Assembly (NCBI RefSeq): GCF_000002075.1
Contig: NW_004797893.1
Span: forward strand, 281,434-345,260
DNA from: Aplysia californica
Taxonomy: Eukaryota
Direction: 5' to 3'
Length of the DNA: 63,827 bases
The translations under genes were made by a program, and so were the position numbers. The notes under the pieces were generated by a model, which made no database searches, had not been told where the DNA came from, and saw nothing but the letters and a program-made list of their open reading frames with translations. Positions 37,501 to 47,434 of the stretch are shown here, in pieces; positions within the stretch are counted from its first letter, which is position 1; each line of letters starts with the position of its first letter.

Positions 37501-40500
37501 ATTCCCTTCTGAGGCCCCAATCGAAAGTAGCCCATTATGTTGTCTTTGTTGGTGTTGTTGTTGGTTTGTATTTCGTTTGTAATTTTTATTTTGGCGCTGA
37601 TTTTGCACAAGGGTGACAATAAAACGAAATGTATCAGACATGGAGGACCGAGTGCCATGTTAGAATAAACACATGGGTCGGAGAACGAGCGACTCTTCCG
37701 TAACAAGTTCATGTTGATGTCCTTTGTTACTTTGTTACAGACTGGGTAAACAGTGACCACTTATCTCACTTACGATTTAGGTATGAGTTCTGGGCGGGGC
37801 TTATGGGTTATGAGGGATCGCAGGCTTACCTCACCAGCAGCTGAAAATTGGTAGCTATTGGTCAACAGTGGGAGGGGCCTACACAACATGATCGGTTGGA
37901 GGGACTACCTAACAACGACAGGTGATTGAATTATGACGGCTCACCCACAACGCCAGGGCCAATGCACAATTTATGACAAAACGTAATGGAGTCACTAAGG
38001 TGACCGTCTTAGACAGGTATTATTGCTTTGTATGATAGGGGTTGTGTGTTAAATTATGGTGGCCGCGTTGGACAGGTACCCATTTTACACAGTTAAATTA
38101 TATAGAAAAAACGCAAGGGGTGGAATGGAAAGTGGCCGTTTGTACAGGTGGCCGTCTTATAGAGGTGACCGTCAGGGCAGGTTCAACTGTATGCTTATCT
38201 TTGGATATGGATGTTACTCAATCAATTCGTCTGTCAGAAAATATGTGCCAGTTTTTCCTTTAAAAGTTTATTCAGTAACAGCAAGAATCACTTGAGTGGT
38301 CAAAATTTCCACTTGGGAAAACTGGCTCAGAATTTGACTAAAAAGATGAAGGCAAAGTGTAGATGTGAAGTCTCCGTCAGTCAAGCACTTCTATACCACA
38401 GCTCCGAAGTCCATGATGGGCAGCTTTCCCAGAAAAGATAACACACCTCACCATGCCCAGTTTGCCAACTCTAAAAAAAGCTTTCCCTTTCTTCAGACAC
38501 ACACATATGCTCAGTAACTTTTGAAAGGTTTTAGACTGGCTTGTTCTTGTCAAAATTTTTTACTGATGCTATAGCATGTTTCACTGCTGATCAGTCCTTG
38601 TTTTCGATAGATCTGAAAAATGGAAAATGTTTTGTGCAGTTTATCCTGTAAAATGGATAGGGTTGCGGCTTTGATACAAAAAACTTAAAATTTCCAAATG
38701 GTACTAATACCCTGCTGATCACTACTAAGATTAGATCAAGACCTTTCTACTTGATAGACCAGTTCCAGTGGAGACATTACTCTGTTACGCTGGACAGCTT
38801 TCAGTCTTGTTGAAGCCAGTGAAAAGAGGGCTCATCATGTTTATTAGTGTAAATAGGTTTCATGAGTACAATAATTATCTTAACTATCAATTGAAGCATA
38901 AAACATCTAAGATTAGAAATAAAGATTTGATCCTGGATCACCCCAAGCTTCTCAACAGAAATAAACAATTGCTGAGCTAACATATCCATCCCCCCACCCA
39001 CCATCTGCTCCTACAGGTCTTTGCAACAAGCGTCTGGGTCGCCTGGAGGACTCCATAGACTGTTTCTACAAGCTTCACGCTATCCTCCGCAACAGCCCAC
39101 AGGTCATGTATCAGATTGCTGATACGTATCCTTTCCATTACTTTGTGGAGTAAGCCATAAGCTAATATTCACAACCAGTTATGTACATTTTGTTTGATGG
39201 TTGACCAAAATGAAAATACAGGAGTTTCAAATCAACGAGTTCAAACTATGGCTTCTCTCGAAGAGTATTACTATTCATAAGTGGTAAGCAAAGGCTATTT
39301 TTATGTTCAGCAATATGAATATGGAAACTGGTGTTTCGAGACTGAGTGATGATTTCCTTGATTCCCTGAAAAGATATGAAAAGTTGGAGGATTCAGCCCA
39401 AGCCACTGAATGGTATGTTCTTTTCATTTGTTTTTTTTCCCCTTTATTGTTGTTGTTTTATTTTTGTTCTTTATGTGTGTCCCCATTTTTAGGTTTGAGT
39501 GTCAAATGTTGATCAAGAGAAATAATTCCTGAACATGAGCACAAAAATGGTAGCATTAAATATGTTATTGAGATACTTACTTACTTGTGGGGTGGGAGAA
39601 ACATGTGATGGTATAAAAGTAGTTCTTTTTTACACTGTTGGACAAGAGAGCCTAATAATATGGGGAAAGTAGAGCTGTGTTCATTCAACTTCACTATTCA
39701 ACACTAACAATTTTTCCGCTATTCACAAGTATTTGAAGCATTGCAGAATGCCATGTGATCTTTACCGACAATGGATTTTCATCTTTCTCTCAACCTGTCA
39801 AAGAATTACAACATATTATATATTTAACATCATTGAGATAAATACAGGAATACTTTGTACCTGATAATTAATTGACAGAGTGATAAGTGGAGCAAGCAAG
39901 AGTTATAAAACGTGCCTCTAAGAAGTATTCATCACTTTTCAATATTCACTATTCACACCATGAATAGCTCAAGGGCTCATAATGGTTGACAAAGTGCAGC
40001 TGATAGCTTTGCAGGAATTGTACAGTAGGCGGATGGTGATGTGACGTCCTTGTATTGCACTGCATGCGTGTCGTCGTATGATCAGGGAATGACGCTTGGA
40101 ATAGTGATTACTAAATAGCAAATATTGCTGATGGACTTCTATATAAACAAAAAACATTGGCGCACGATATTCGAATAGCACAACTAGTTAATGCATGCTT
40201 CAAATCTTCTGTGAAATTAGGTTCTCTCAAAATATGGAATAGATAAGTGTATGCTTTATAAATTGTCGTGGCCATGGAGAATTCTTGTCCTAATAGAGGT
40301 TCTTTTGCTTTTTGCTAAAAAGTTTGTGAAGACCATGTGTCATTTTCCACTCATTTCATACTAAGTACTGTTGGTTCATCGTCAAAATGGTGAAACTTTT
40401 AAGATTAATGCACATTGTCTTCTGCACTCTTGGTTTACGAATTTATGCTGAGGTCAAAACTTGTTTGCTCTTTTGTCGGATGAAAATAGCGTTTTATGGG

Positions 40501-43500
40501 TAATAACGTCAGCATCGTTCTTCAAAACCCCAATAAGTGCTCTTATCAGAACCATGCTGTGGGCAATTGTGGTTTTTCAATTTTTTTAAACTGGATGGAA
40601 AATATGGAAACTATCTAATATGTCCCTTACTGTCTTTTTTAGAATTAGAGCTTTGATTGGAAATCCCTAGAAAATGATTTGGGTGATTGTGGAAGGACAC
40701 TGATGATATGCCGACATAACCTCTCAGTTTGTTGTCTTGTTGGGACCAAGTGCTCTTTCTGTGAAATTATTCTGTGTTTAACTCACTGAGCACCACTCCT
40801 GCAGCGTTCGCGGTCTGGTAAAATTCGCATCGGGACCACGATCGCAGCGTACGCAAATTCAACTATAATTGACTATAAAGTAAACCCAGCAGTTTAAAAA
40901 TGCTTGCAAATAGCCCCAGTGGTTTAATGTGCCCGGTCTACTCTGAATGAAAAAAAAAGCCCGTGGAGATTGATGTTCATGTGCTTCTTTCTACATCGAA
41001 CGAATGAACAAATGTATATGCCAGAGATTGATGTTCACATGCTTACTTTTACCACGAACAAATGTGTTCACAATTTCAGGTTCATGCAGCTGATTGGTGT
41101 TGTGAGCTCAGACCCCAGCGTACTTTCACGTATGGGAGAGCTCTACGACAATGAAGGAGACAAGTCTCAAGCCTTCCAATATTATTTTGATGTGAGTTAG
41201 TCCCTTCGTTTTTTGCTGTTGTTTTAATTAAATAGTATGTTCATGTATGTGTGTACTACGATGTCTAGTGTTATAGATCATTCGAGAGAAATATTAGAAA
41301 GCCCTTCTTCTTTTATTTTGTTATCAAAGTCAAAATTATACAAGACCCATTGTTGAGGCGAAAGATGGTTGTCTTAGACGGATGAACGTCTTGGGCAGGA
41401 CAGATGAAAGTAAATTAAAATCAAAAGGACGGGGGATAAAAACTAGCTAATGGACTGGAAACTGGTCACCGAAAATGATTTACAGTAACTTCAAAATCCA
41501 GCCTAATATATTTGTAAAGTTAAACGAACTAGTCATTTTTTCTGGATTTATTTTTTTAAAACATATTTGCCTAAGATGTTTTGTATATAGTAAAAGGGCA
41601 TTCTTTGCTGTAAGTGTGTGACCTGTGTCCCACACACTCAGAGAATTTTTAACCCCTTGACTGCTAAAGGTATATGCTAAGGAAAATTCTACTGTGCACA
41701 AGACGTCACAGGTCACAATCTTTAATCAACGTTTGTTGGTTATTGTAAGAGGCTGATCAATTAAACTTTTGCCAATAGAAAGATAGATGATGGGATGAAT
41801 TTATCCATTGACAAGATCTGCATAGAGCAAGCTAATAAAGATATAAACTGAATGTGCCGGTACGAAGACTGAACAAGCTCTCAGATACTACGCATTGGTT
41901 CTGTCTCACACAATGTATGTGAGAAAGACAACACACCTAAGTTTGGGCTACCAGTCAAACTATGATATAGCCTATCAATAGAAAGAGAAATGAAGAGATG
42001 GTTTTATCCACAGTGAAGATTCAGGTAAAACAAGACATAACGAATTAAACAAGTATAAAGTACTCAGACTTAACACGCGTTCCATGTTGACGCGTCAGCT
42101 CTAACATGTTTGTAAGAAGAACAACACACTTTGCTTTGTTTTTGGTTATAGAACTCACGCTTCCCATCCAATGGTCTCCATATATAATATATAGATATGA
42201 CCTCATAGCTAAAACGATAAGATGCAGGACGAGATTCATTTACACAGCACTGGGCAGCAGATTATCAAGACATATATATATATATGAGATACGTTTACAA
42301 TGCACTAAAGAGATTAGTTGGGGGACAAGGGAGGTTTTATAAGTCATGAAGAGTTGAGCAAATTGAACGTCCACATACCTAATTACACAAAGATGGGCAT
42401 ACCAAGCCACATGAATTCAACCAATTCCTACTAACAGATGCACTCCAGAAATAGAGGTGCTCTCCTCAATACCTGGAATCTGCTGTGTAAAGCAAATAGA
42501 ACCCAATGTTTGGTACCTGCTGAGCTATCAACCATATGCTTGCTTTGCTAGTAACAATGAAATGAATTGTTCCCTTGAACCCTTGTAAGGCACACCCCCT
42601 CCCCTTTTTCCCAGATGAAAAGAATGGTCTTGTATATTTTCAGCTGTGCTGGCCATTAAAAATCTTGCATTCTTTTTTTTTTCTAATCCTTTCCAATTGG
42701 TAGAATGTAGAAAGAGGAAGGAAAAATAGAATGCCTAATGCTAAAAAAATGTGTTTTTCTTCTACAGTCGTATCGCCATTTCCCTTCAAACATTCCAGTG
42801 ATTGAGTGGTTGGGAGCCTACTACATTGACTCTCAGTTCTGTGAAAAGGCCATTCACTACTTTGAGAGAGCCTCTATAGTCCAGTGAGTTTTGTGCATTT
42901 CTACTGTTTAGGTATCACCTTTTCCTTGTGTAAGGCTTTCTGTCTTTTNNNNNNNNNNNNNNNNNNNNNNNNNNNNNNNNNNNNNNNNNNNNNNNNNNNN
43001 NNNNNNNNNNNNNNNNNNNNNNNNNNNNNNNNNNNNNNNNNNNNNNNNNNNNNNNNNNNNNNNNNNNNNNNNNNNNNNNNNTTTTAACATGCTGAAATTG
43101 TTTATGAGATGCCGATTAGGGACACAAAAATGTAGTAATACAANNNNNNNNNNNNNNNNNNNNNNNNNNNNNNNNNNNNNNNNNNNNNNNNNNNNNNNNN
43201 NNNNNNNNNNNNNNNNNNNNNNNNNNNNNNNNNNNNNNNNNNNNNNNNNNNNNNNNNNNNNNNNNNNNNNNNNNNNNNNNNNNNNNNNNNNNNNNNNNNN
43301 NNNNNNNNNNNNNNNNNNNNNNNNNNNNNNNNNNNNNCACACACACACGCATATACATACACACAAACACTCACTCAGTCACACATACAAACACACACCA
43401 CACATGCACATGCACAAACAAACAAGATTTTAGCAAATCTGATGAGTAGATAATACACGTGAGAAATACTGAGCTGGTAGGGTGACAGGAAGTGGTCTGT

Positions 43501-46500
43501 TTTCTTTTTTTTTCATTGGTAGGCTCGCATATAATATCTTCTGTGAAAACTACATATCAACCAGCTTCACAGCACAGTACTGCAGAGACCCCCTGTTTTT
43601 GAAATGTTCAACATTGTAGCTCATAGGGTCTTACATTTCAGCGAGGAAATATTTTTTCTGCTTATCATGTCTACAGACCAAACCAAGTCAAATGGCATCT
43701 GATGATCGCAAGCTGTTATCGCAGAAGTGGAAACTACCAGAGAGCCTTAGAGACATACAAGCAGATACACAGAAAATTCCCAGATAATGTTGAGTGTAAG
43801 TTGACTTTAGGAGCATTTTTTAATATTTTGTTCTGTCTACTTTTTATTTTACTGAATGGTAACTTTAATGGTTATAACTCAGAATTAACTGTTGCTTAGG
43901 CAGTCATGACATCTGGTTGACAAGCTGTTAAAATGTTCTAAGCCCAAAAAAAACAAAATTCCACCTCTCATTTAACACCTTTATAGAGTAATGCGTTCAG
44001 GGAGTCGCATTTTGTAGCAATGTCAGTTAAACCGCCCCGCCCCAAGAGAAAAAAACCGCTGCTGTTTCAGTTTGTGAGTGTACCCTTCTCCTGCTCTCTC
44101 TTTTTCAAAGGTCACAGAATATAGATATCTAATAAGTCTAAAAATCCTCTTCTCAGCTGTCATTCTTGGACTTAACTTTGGTTTTACTTTTTGTTATTGT
44201 GAGTTTAATTAGATTTAAAAACATTTGCGCTAGGAATCTTTATGTATTTACCATCTATCAAACAATAACAATTGCTCATATATATGCAAACCACACAGTG
44301 CAGGGACCTGCCCTGAACAGAAAAATGAAAGATATTATGATTCAAAGAGGTAAGTTCACTTGGTTTCAGCGGTAAAAATAAAATAAAAAAATGACCCCAA
44401 ATTTTGGTAATTTTAATAGCTAGAGAGTCCTTGAAAACTGAAAAACTACATATTTTGAGCTTTCATCAACTTTTCCAATATAATTCACATGGAAATAAAA
44501 AATATATAAATTTTTATGTATCTCTTGAGTTTAAGAGCAAACATAATTTGAATTGACTTTTGAATGAGGTAAACAATTTGATCTCTTCTTCCCTTCCTGG
44601 CAGGCCTCAAGTTCCTGGTGCGACTGTGCACAGATCTGGGCTTGAATGATGCTCAAGAGTACGCGACAAAGCTCAAGAAGGCTGAGAAAAACAAAGAGCT
44701 GAGAGAACAGGTCAGGGTCGTGGCAGTTGTTTCCCTGTTCTCATGTTTGGTTGGTTTCTCTCTGGGTTTGACTGTGATGTAACGTAGTTCTTATTTTGAT
44801 CATATATCCCCTCTGATGGAATGCTCACTTGACTTGTGGGTGGTTGGAGGGTGCTCTGGTGTGGTTTGCTACTTCTTTCCTGTCAAACATCTATCATCCT
44901 TATCTCTCCTCCTCTCTCCTCTTTCTTTTCTTTGTATGTTATTCTCTTGTAATACCTTTAATCTTCTGCCCTTATATGACCTGTTTGTGTTACAAATGCC
45001 TTAAAACTCGAACTTAAACTAAAATTAAAAGTCGCTGAGGGACATTCAGCATTGGAGCCTGTTAGTTTCATGAGTTTTGCAATTACTATAAGTTTTTGTG
45101 TTTTTAAATCTCTGTGACAATTAGTAAATTATTTTATCTTCAATACAATTTGGGTTTGTGTTGATTACTAGTACTTTGTTTTTGGTGGAGGGTCTCTATT
45201 AAAATGCATGTGTAGATTTTGTTCTGTTAATCAGTCAGTCAAACTAGAAATTTTTGTAATGTAGGGCTTGTATTGTGTCTTATAAGCACCTGATATGTCA
45301 AACTTCTTCGCTTTGGTTTGGATTTGTAACCACTGCAATCACAATAAAGTTGTTAAAGAATCAGAGCCTCAGAATTGATGTTCATCACTCTAAGGTTTGA
45401 GTGAAGTGAGTGGAAAGCCATATATATAAACTTATCAAGCAACTCACTTTCAAGAATGCCCAATTGGGGATTTGAACCATTATCACCTGCACAGCTATTC
45501 AGTGAGATGCCAGGGCAGGTATATGGTTGTTCGAGGCTGTGAAGTGATCTCCCCTGTACTACTATGCCGTGTCGCTATATAATAGTGCATAATAATCTCT
45601 TCCCAGTTTAACCCTATCTGTACACGCTGGGGTCATTTTGTACCCCCAGGGTAGTATTCTTCACATTTTAGAATACTTCTAGTACGACGATCTCTTTGAA
45701 ACTTTCAGTATTTCTCAAAAAAATCATTTTGACAGACTGCTATGCCCTCGTTGTATGGATATGATTGTAAAACACGATGTACTGACAGGATTAATGTAAC
45801 CCATTCTCATGCTGTGCAAATGCAAGACTAATGTTTGATCTTGGTGTCCCTCAGAGGGCGACAAGTGCAGGACGCAGAGGCAGCGGCCGACGGAGAGAGG
45901 GAAGTGCTGGCAGTGGTGAGTGCTGTGTCGTTTTCTCAATCAACTGAGAGCCTTGTTTGTATTTTTAAAAACTCTATATGACCTATTTGTGAAGCAAGTG
46001 CCACAAATTTATGTATCAAAACTTCACTCTTTGAAAGAAGCAGATGTTTCATACATTTGCAAACTGTATTTGGAACTGACCGACCATCTACACAATATCT
46101 CATATTTGAGGCTTCGTGGAGAAATCAGGCGCTCATCAAAATGTCAAAATTGGAGAAACATGCATTTTCCCGCCAGTTTCGCTATTTTAATCAAATTTGG
46201 GGGGTTTTTTCAACCCTTTTATGTCCAAATAAATACACATTTCCATGTGAATTATATTGGAAAAGTTGATGAAAGCTCAAAATATGTAGTTTTTCAGTTT
46301 TCAAGGACTCTCTAGCTATTAAAGTTACCAAAATTTGGGGTCATTTTTTTTTTTAAATTTTACCGCTGAAACCAAGTGAATCATATCTTCACTTCTGCTC
46401 AAAATAGACAGGTATTTTTCATCAAAAATAAGATAAGTGAACACATTTTAAGATGATACCAATAATTCCACATGCACAAAAATTGATGAGCGCATGATAT

Positions 46501-47434
46501 CACCGCGTCGTGATTCTTATACATTTTAATTGGTCTTGTGGTCAAGATATTCACAGAGGAGAATCAGATTAACATTCACAATCTTTTGTTAGCTTTTGGG
46601 GGGAAAACATAGGCCTAAATGACTCGTGCACTGGTATTTTTTACATGGTTGAGTACAACACCCCATAAAATTGTTTATTCTGATATTTAGCTCATGAATA
46701 GTCCTTGTTGCTCAAAGCCTTTTAGTTTGTTTTACTTGAAGTTTGTCCTTATACTGAATTGATTTGTTCTGTTGAATGATGATAGTAGTAGTGGAATCAT
46801 AGAAGTCCTGGACAGCTGGTTCCTATGCCTACATTTTCTGTCTGATATTTCAGATTTAGACCGTGATGGAAGTGCTGGGGGGAGAGCCTCTCACAGGCAA
46901 CGAGCAAGGCCAAATTTGAATGACGGAGATACTCAAGGACCATATCAGTCAAGCCAACCCCAAGAAATAGGTTTGTTTCATTTTTGTCGAATTTTAACAT
47001 GTTTGACACAGATTGATTTTGTTTCCTGTTTTCTTTCTGAGTTTCAATGTTTACTCTCGAGTAAAAGGTATGAATCATTTTGATGTTTTAACACTTGTGT
47101 GCCTTTTGCGGTTATGCTGACTGATTCCCTAGGTCAAGTATGTAAAACATGCGACCCTTTTCAGAAGAATTCAAACTTTTCTGTCATTCTTGGAATGTTT
47201 TCTCTTAGACATGTGTCCCGTGTATGGACCTTGTGAACTAATCTCTGTGCAGTAGGGCATTCAACTGCAAAGTAAATCACGTCGTAAACCTAATGATTTT
47301 TCTTTCCAGATGCATCGTACTCAGACCCACTAGGCCCACAAGCAGAACGTCCAAAAACAGCTGCCAGAAGGAAAGACCCACTTGAGGATGAATTTGGAGA
47401 TGAAGAACTTGGGGAAGACTTGCTACCAGAGTAG
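21303..47434 (+). CDS. IFT88: Intraflagellar transport protein 88 (IFT-B TPR protein), complete, 24 coding exons, 829 aa
   Basis: Exons: 21303-21383, 22045-22110, 22641-22824, 23904-23979, 24907-24997, 27613-27717, 29179-29281, 30157-30271, 31281-31512, 32347-32417, 33242-33328, 33739-33838, 34949-35035, 35906-35975, 36808-36924, 39017-39125, 39374-39412, 41080-41191, 42768-42883, 43677-43795, 44604-44710, 45855-45915, 46854-46970, 47310-47434. All are GT-AG with consistent phases, 2490 nt in total. Recognisable IFT88 motifs: RTSHGRRPP, RPMTAVRAAGF, KAIKFYRMALDQVP, GDKSQAFQYY, ASCYRRSGNYQ, DPLGPQ.ERPKTA, ELGEDLLPE*. Confidence 0.98.
22045..22110 (+). CDS. IFT88: IFT88 exon 2 (DLAHDESFQKAVLRTSHGRRPP)
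   Basis: cag/gtatgt boundaries, conserved motif. Confidence 0.95.
22641..22824 (+). CDS. IFT88: IFT88 exon 3 (...QDGQARPMTAVRAAGFTSAGNR)
   Basis: cag/gtatgc boundaries, conserved motif. Confidence 0.95.
23904..23979 (+). CDS. IFT88: IFT88 exon 4 (AGAGFDPLNQAGKGPAPPLEAKAEDS)
   Basis: cag/gtgaga boundaries, FDPL motif. Confidence 0.95.
24907..24997 (+). CDS. IFT88: IFT88 exon 5 (PEEKIRHLEKKVNELIEESCLANSRGELQL)
   Basis: cag/gtaagt boundaries. Confidence 0.96.
25190..25700 (-). mobile_element. SINE family B, copy 2
   Basis: Reverse-complement homology to 15150-15670. Confidence 0.8.
26088..26934. mobile_element. piggyBac-type non-autonomous element
   Basis: TTAA|CTCTTATCCTGCG ... CGCAGGATGAGGG|TTAA; CpG-rich subterminal regions. 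Confidence 0.75.
27398..27565 (+). repeat. Dispersed ~165-bp repeat family A (representative copy)
   Basis: GGTGGTTGGCGRGTGCTCTGGTGTGGTTTGCTCCTTCTTTCCT...CACTTATATGACCTTATTGTGTTGCAAGTGCYGTAAAACT. Copies at 3166-3327(-), 3691-3805(-), 22384-22545, 27398-27565, 27725-27885, 29381-29555, 32663-32795, 44837-45020, 45970-46010, 57935-58096(-). Confidence 0.9.
27613..27717 (+). CDS. IFT88: IFT88 exon 6 (ALDKAKEAGRKERVLVRQREQ...NLDLTYS)
   Basis: aag/gtaagt boundaries. Confidence 0.96.
28190..28535 (+). mobile_element. RTE/BovB-like LINE 3' end with expanded (ATT)n tail
   Basis: Homologous to 13800-14072; followed by a long ATT microsatellite. Confidence 0.75.
29179..29281 (+). CDS. IFT88: IFT88 exon 7 (VLFNLANQYVANEMYHEAINTYQVIVKNRMFSNA)
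   Basis: cag/gtcagt boundaries. Confidence 0.96.
30157..30271 (+). CDS. IFT88: IFT88 exon 8 (GRLKVNMGNIYFKQRNFEKAIKFYRMALDQVPNTHKEMR)
   Basis: cag/gtcagt boundaries, TPR. Confidence 0.97.
30315..30792 (-). mobile_element. 5'-truncated non-LTR retrotransposon (I/Nimb/Ingi-like) C-terminal zinc-knuckle region
   Basis: ORF with FQLRTQQVPLNQHLNRIG...CPLC....ETAEHHLFFC, (CAA)n tail, 12-bp TSD TTTGTGTGTCTG at 30303-30314 and 30793-30804. Confidence 0.9.
31281..31512 (+). CDS. IFT88: IFT88 exon 9 (TKIMQNIGITFVKIGQYNDAI...DEDKYLAHG)
   Basis: aag/gtgagt boundaries, TPR. Confidence 0.97.
32347..32417 (+). CDS. IFT88: IFT88 exon 10 (DDKQYNLVLEVIKNDSLRQIERER)
   Basis: cag/gttagt boundaries. Confidence 0.95.
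33242..33328 (+). CDS. IFT88: IFT88 exon 11 (KYEAERCIKYAAKIISPAIETSFSDGYDW)
   Basis: cag/gtaagt boundaries. Confidence 0.95.
33739..33838 (+). CDS. IFT88: IFT88 exon 12 (CIEMVKNSQYIDLAHDLEIDKAIMFLKQKNFAQ)
   Basis: cag/gtacac boundaries. Confidence 0.95.
34949..35035 (+). CDS. IFT88: IFT88 exon 13 (AIETLKSFEKKDSKVASTAATNLSFLYFL)
   Basis: cag/gtgaga boundaries. Confidence 0.96.
35135..35637 (-). mobile_element. SINE family B, copy 3
   Basis: On the minus strand: GGGGGCTCTCTAGGCCTAGAGG (A box) ... GGTTCGAATC (B box), then body and tail. Confidence 0.85.
35906..35975 (+). CDS. IFT88: IFT88 exon 14 (ETDYAQADKYAEVAMTADRYNPS)
   Basis: cag/gtatga boundaries. Confidence 0.95.
36808..36924 (+). CDS. 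IFT88: IFT88 exon 15 (ALVNKGNVLYAKNDFEKAREFYKEALTNDSSCVEALYNL)
   Basis: cag/gtaagt boundaries, TPR. Confidence 0.97.
37396..38189. mobile_element. Tc1/mariner (pogo/Tigger-like) MITE
   Basis: TA|CAGTCAAACCTG ... CAGGTTCAACTG|TA with repeated GTGGCCGT/GACAGGT subterminal motifs. Confidence 0.8.
39017..39125 (+). CDS. IFT88: IFT88 exon 16 (GLCNKRLGRLEDSIDCFYKLHAILRNSPQVMYQIADT)
   Basis: cag acceptor; U12-type donor gtatccttt. Confidence 0.96.
39126..39373 (+). other. IFT88: U12-type (minor spliceosome) GT-AG intron
   Basis: 5' site GTATCCTTT, branch site TTCCTTGAT at 39354-39362 (branch A 12 nt before the AG end), no polypyrimidine tract. Confidence 0.92.
39374..39412 (+). CDS. IFT88: IFT88 exon 17, 39-nt small exon (YEKLEDSAQATEW)
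   Basis: aag/gtatgt boundaries; aligns with YELMENPSQAIEW of vertebrate IFT88 as recalled. Confidence 0.93.
41080..41191 (+). CDS. IFT88: IFT88 exon 18 (FMQLIGVVSSDPSVLSRMGELYDNEGDKSQAFQYYFD)
   Basis: cag/gtgagt boundaries. Confidence 0.97.
41760..42480 (+). mobile_element. Highly decayed RNase H-containing LINE remnant
   Basis: A-rich; degenerate IYT(D)GS-like (RFIYTALGS) and (W)IPSH-like remnants. Confidence 0.35.
42768..42883 (+). CDS. IFT88: IFT88 exon 19 (SYRHFPSNIPVIEWLGAYYIDSQFCEKAIHYFERASIVQ)
   Basis: cag/gtgagt boundaries. Confidence 0.97.
43677..43795 (+). CDS. IFT88: IFT88 exon 20 (PNQVKWHLMIASCYRRSGNYQRALETYKQIHRKFPDNVEC)
   Basis: cag/gtaagt boundaries. Confidence 0.97.
44355..44496. 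repeat. Left arm of a 142-bp near-perfect inverted repeat (right arm 46239-46380); DNA-transposon-like fragment
   Basis: Direct comparison shows only a handful of mismatches; related pieces at ~20060-20170 and ~34800-34845. Confidence 0.9.
44604..44710 (+). CDS. IFT88: IFT88 exon 21 (LKFLVRLCTDLGLNDAQEYATKLKKAEKNKELREQ)
   Basis: cag/gtcagg boundaries. Confidence 0.96.
45612..45790. mobile_element. piggyBac-type MITE (copy 2, inverted, internally shorter)
   Basis: TTAA flanks; internal sequence is the reverse complement of 3967-4203. Confidence 0.8.
45855..45915 (+). CDS. IFT88: IFT88 exon 22 (RATSAGRRGSGRRREGSAGS)
   Basis: cag/gtgagt boundaries; REGSA motif. Confidence 0.9.
46854..46970 (+). 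CDS. IFT88: IFT88 exon 23 (DLDRDGSAGGRASHRQRARPNLNDGDTQGPYQSSQPQEI)
   Basis: cag/gtttgt boundaries, phase compatible. Confidence 0.9.
47310..47434 (+). CDS. IFT88: IFT88 last coding exon (DASYSDPLGPQAERPKTAARRKDPLEDEFGDEELGEDLLPE*)
   Basis: cag acceptor, TAG stop, conserved C-terminus. Confidence 0.97.
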
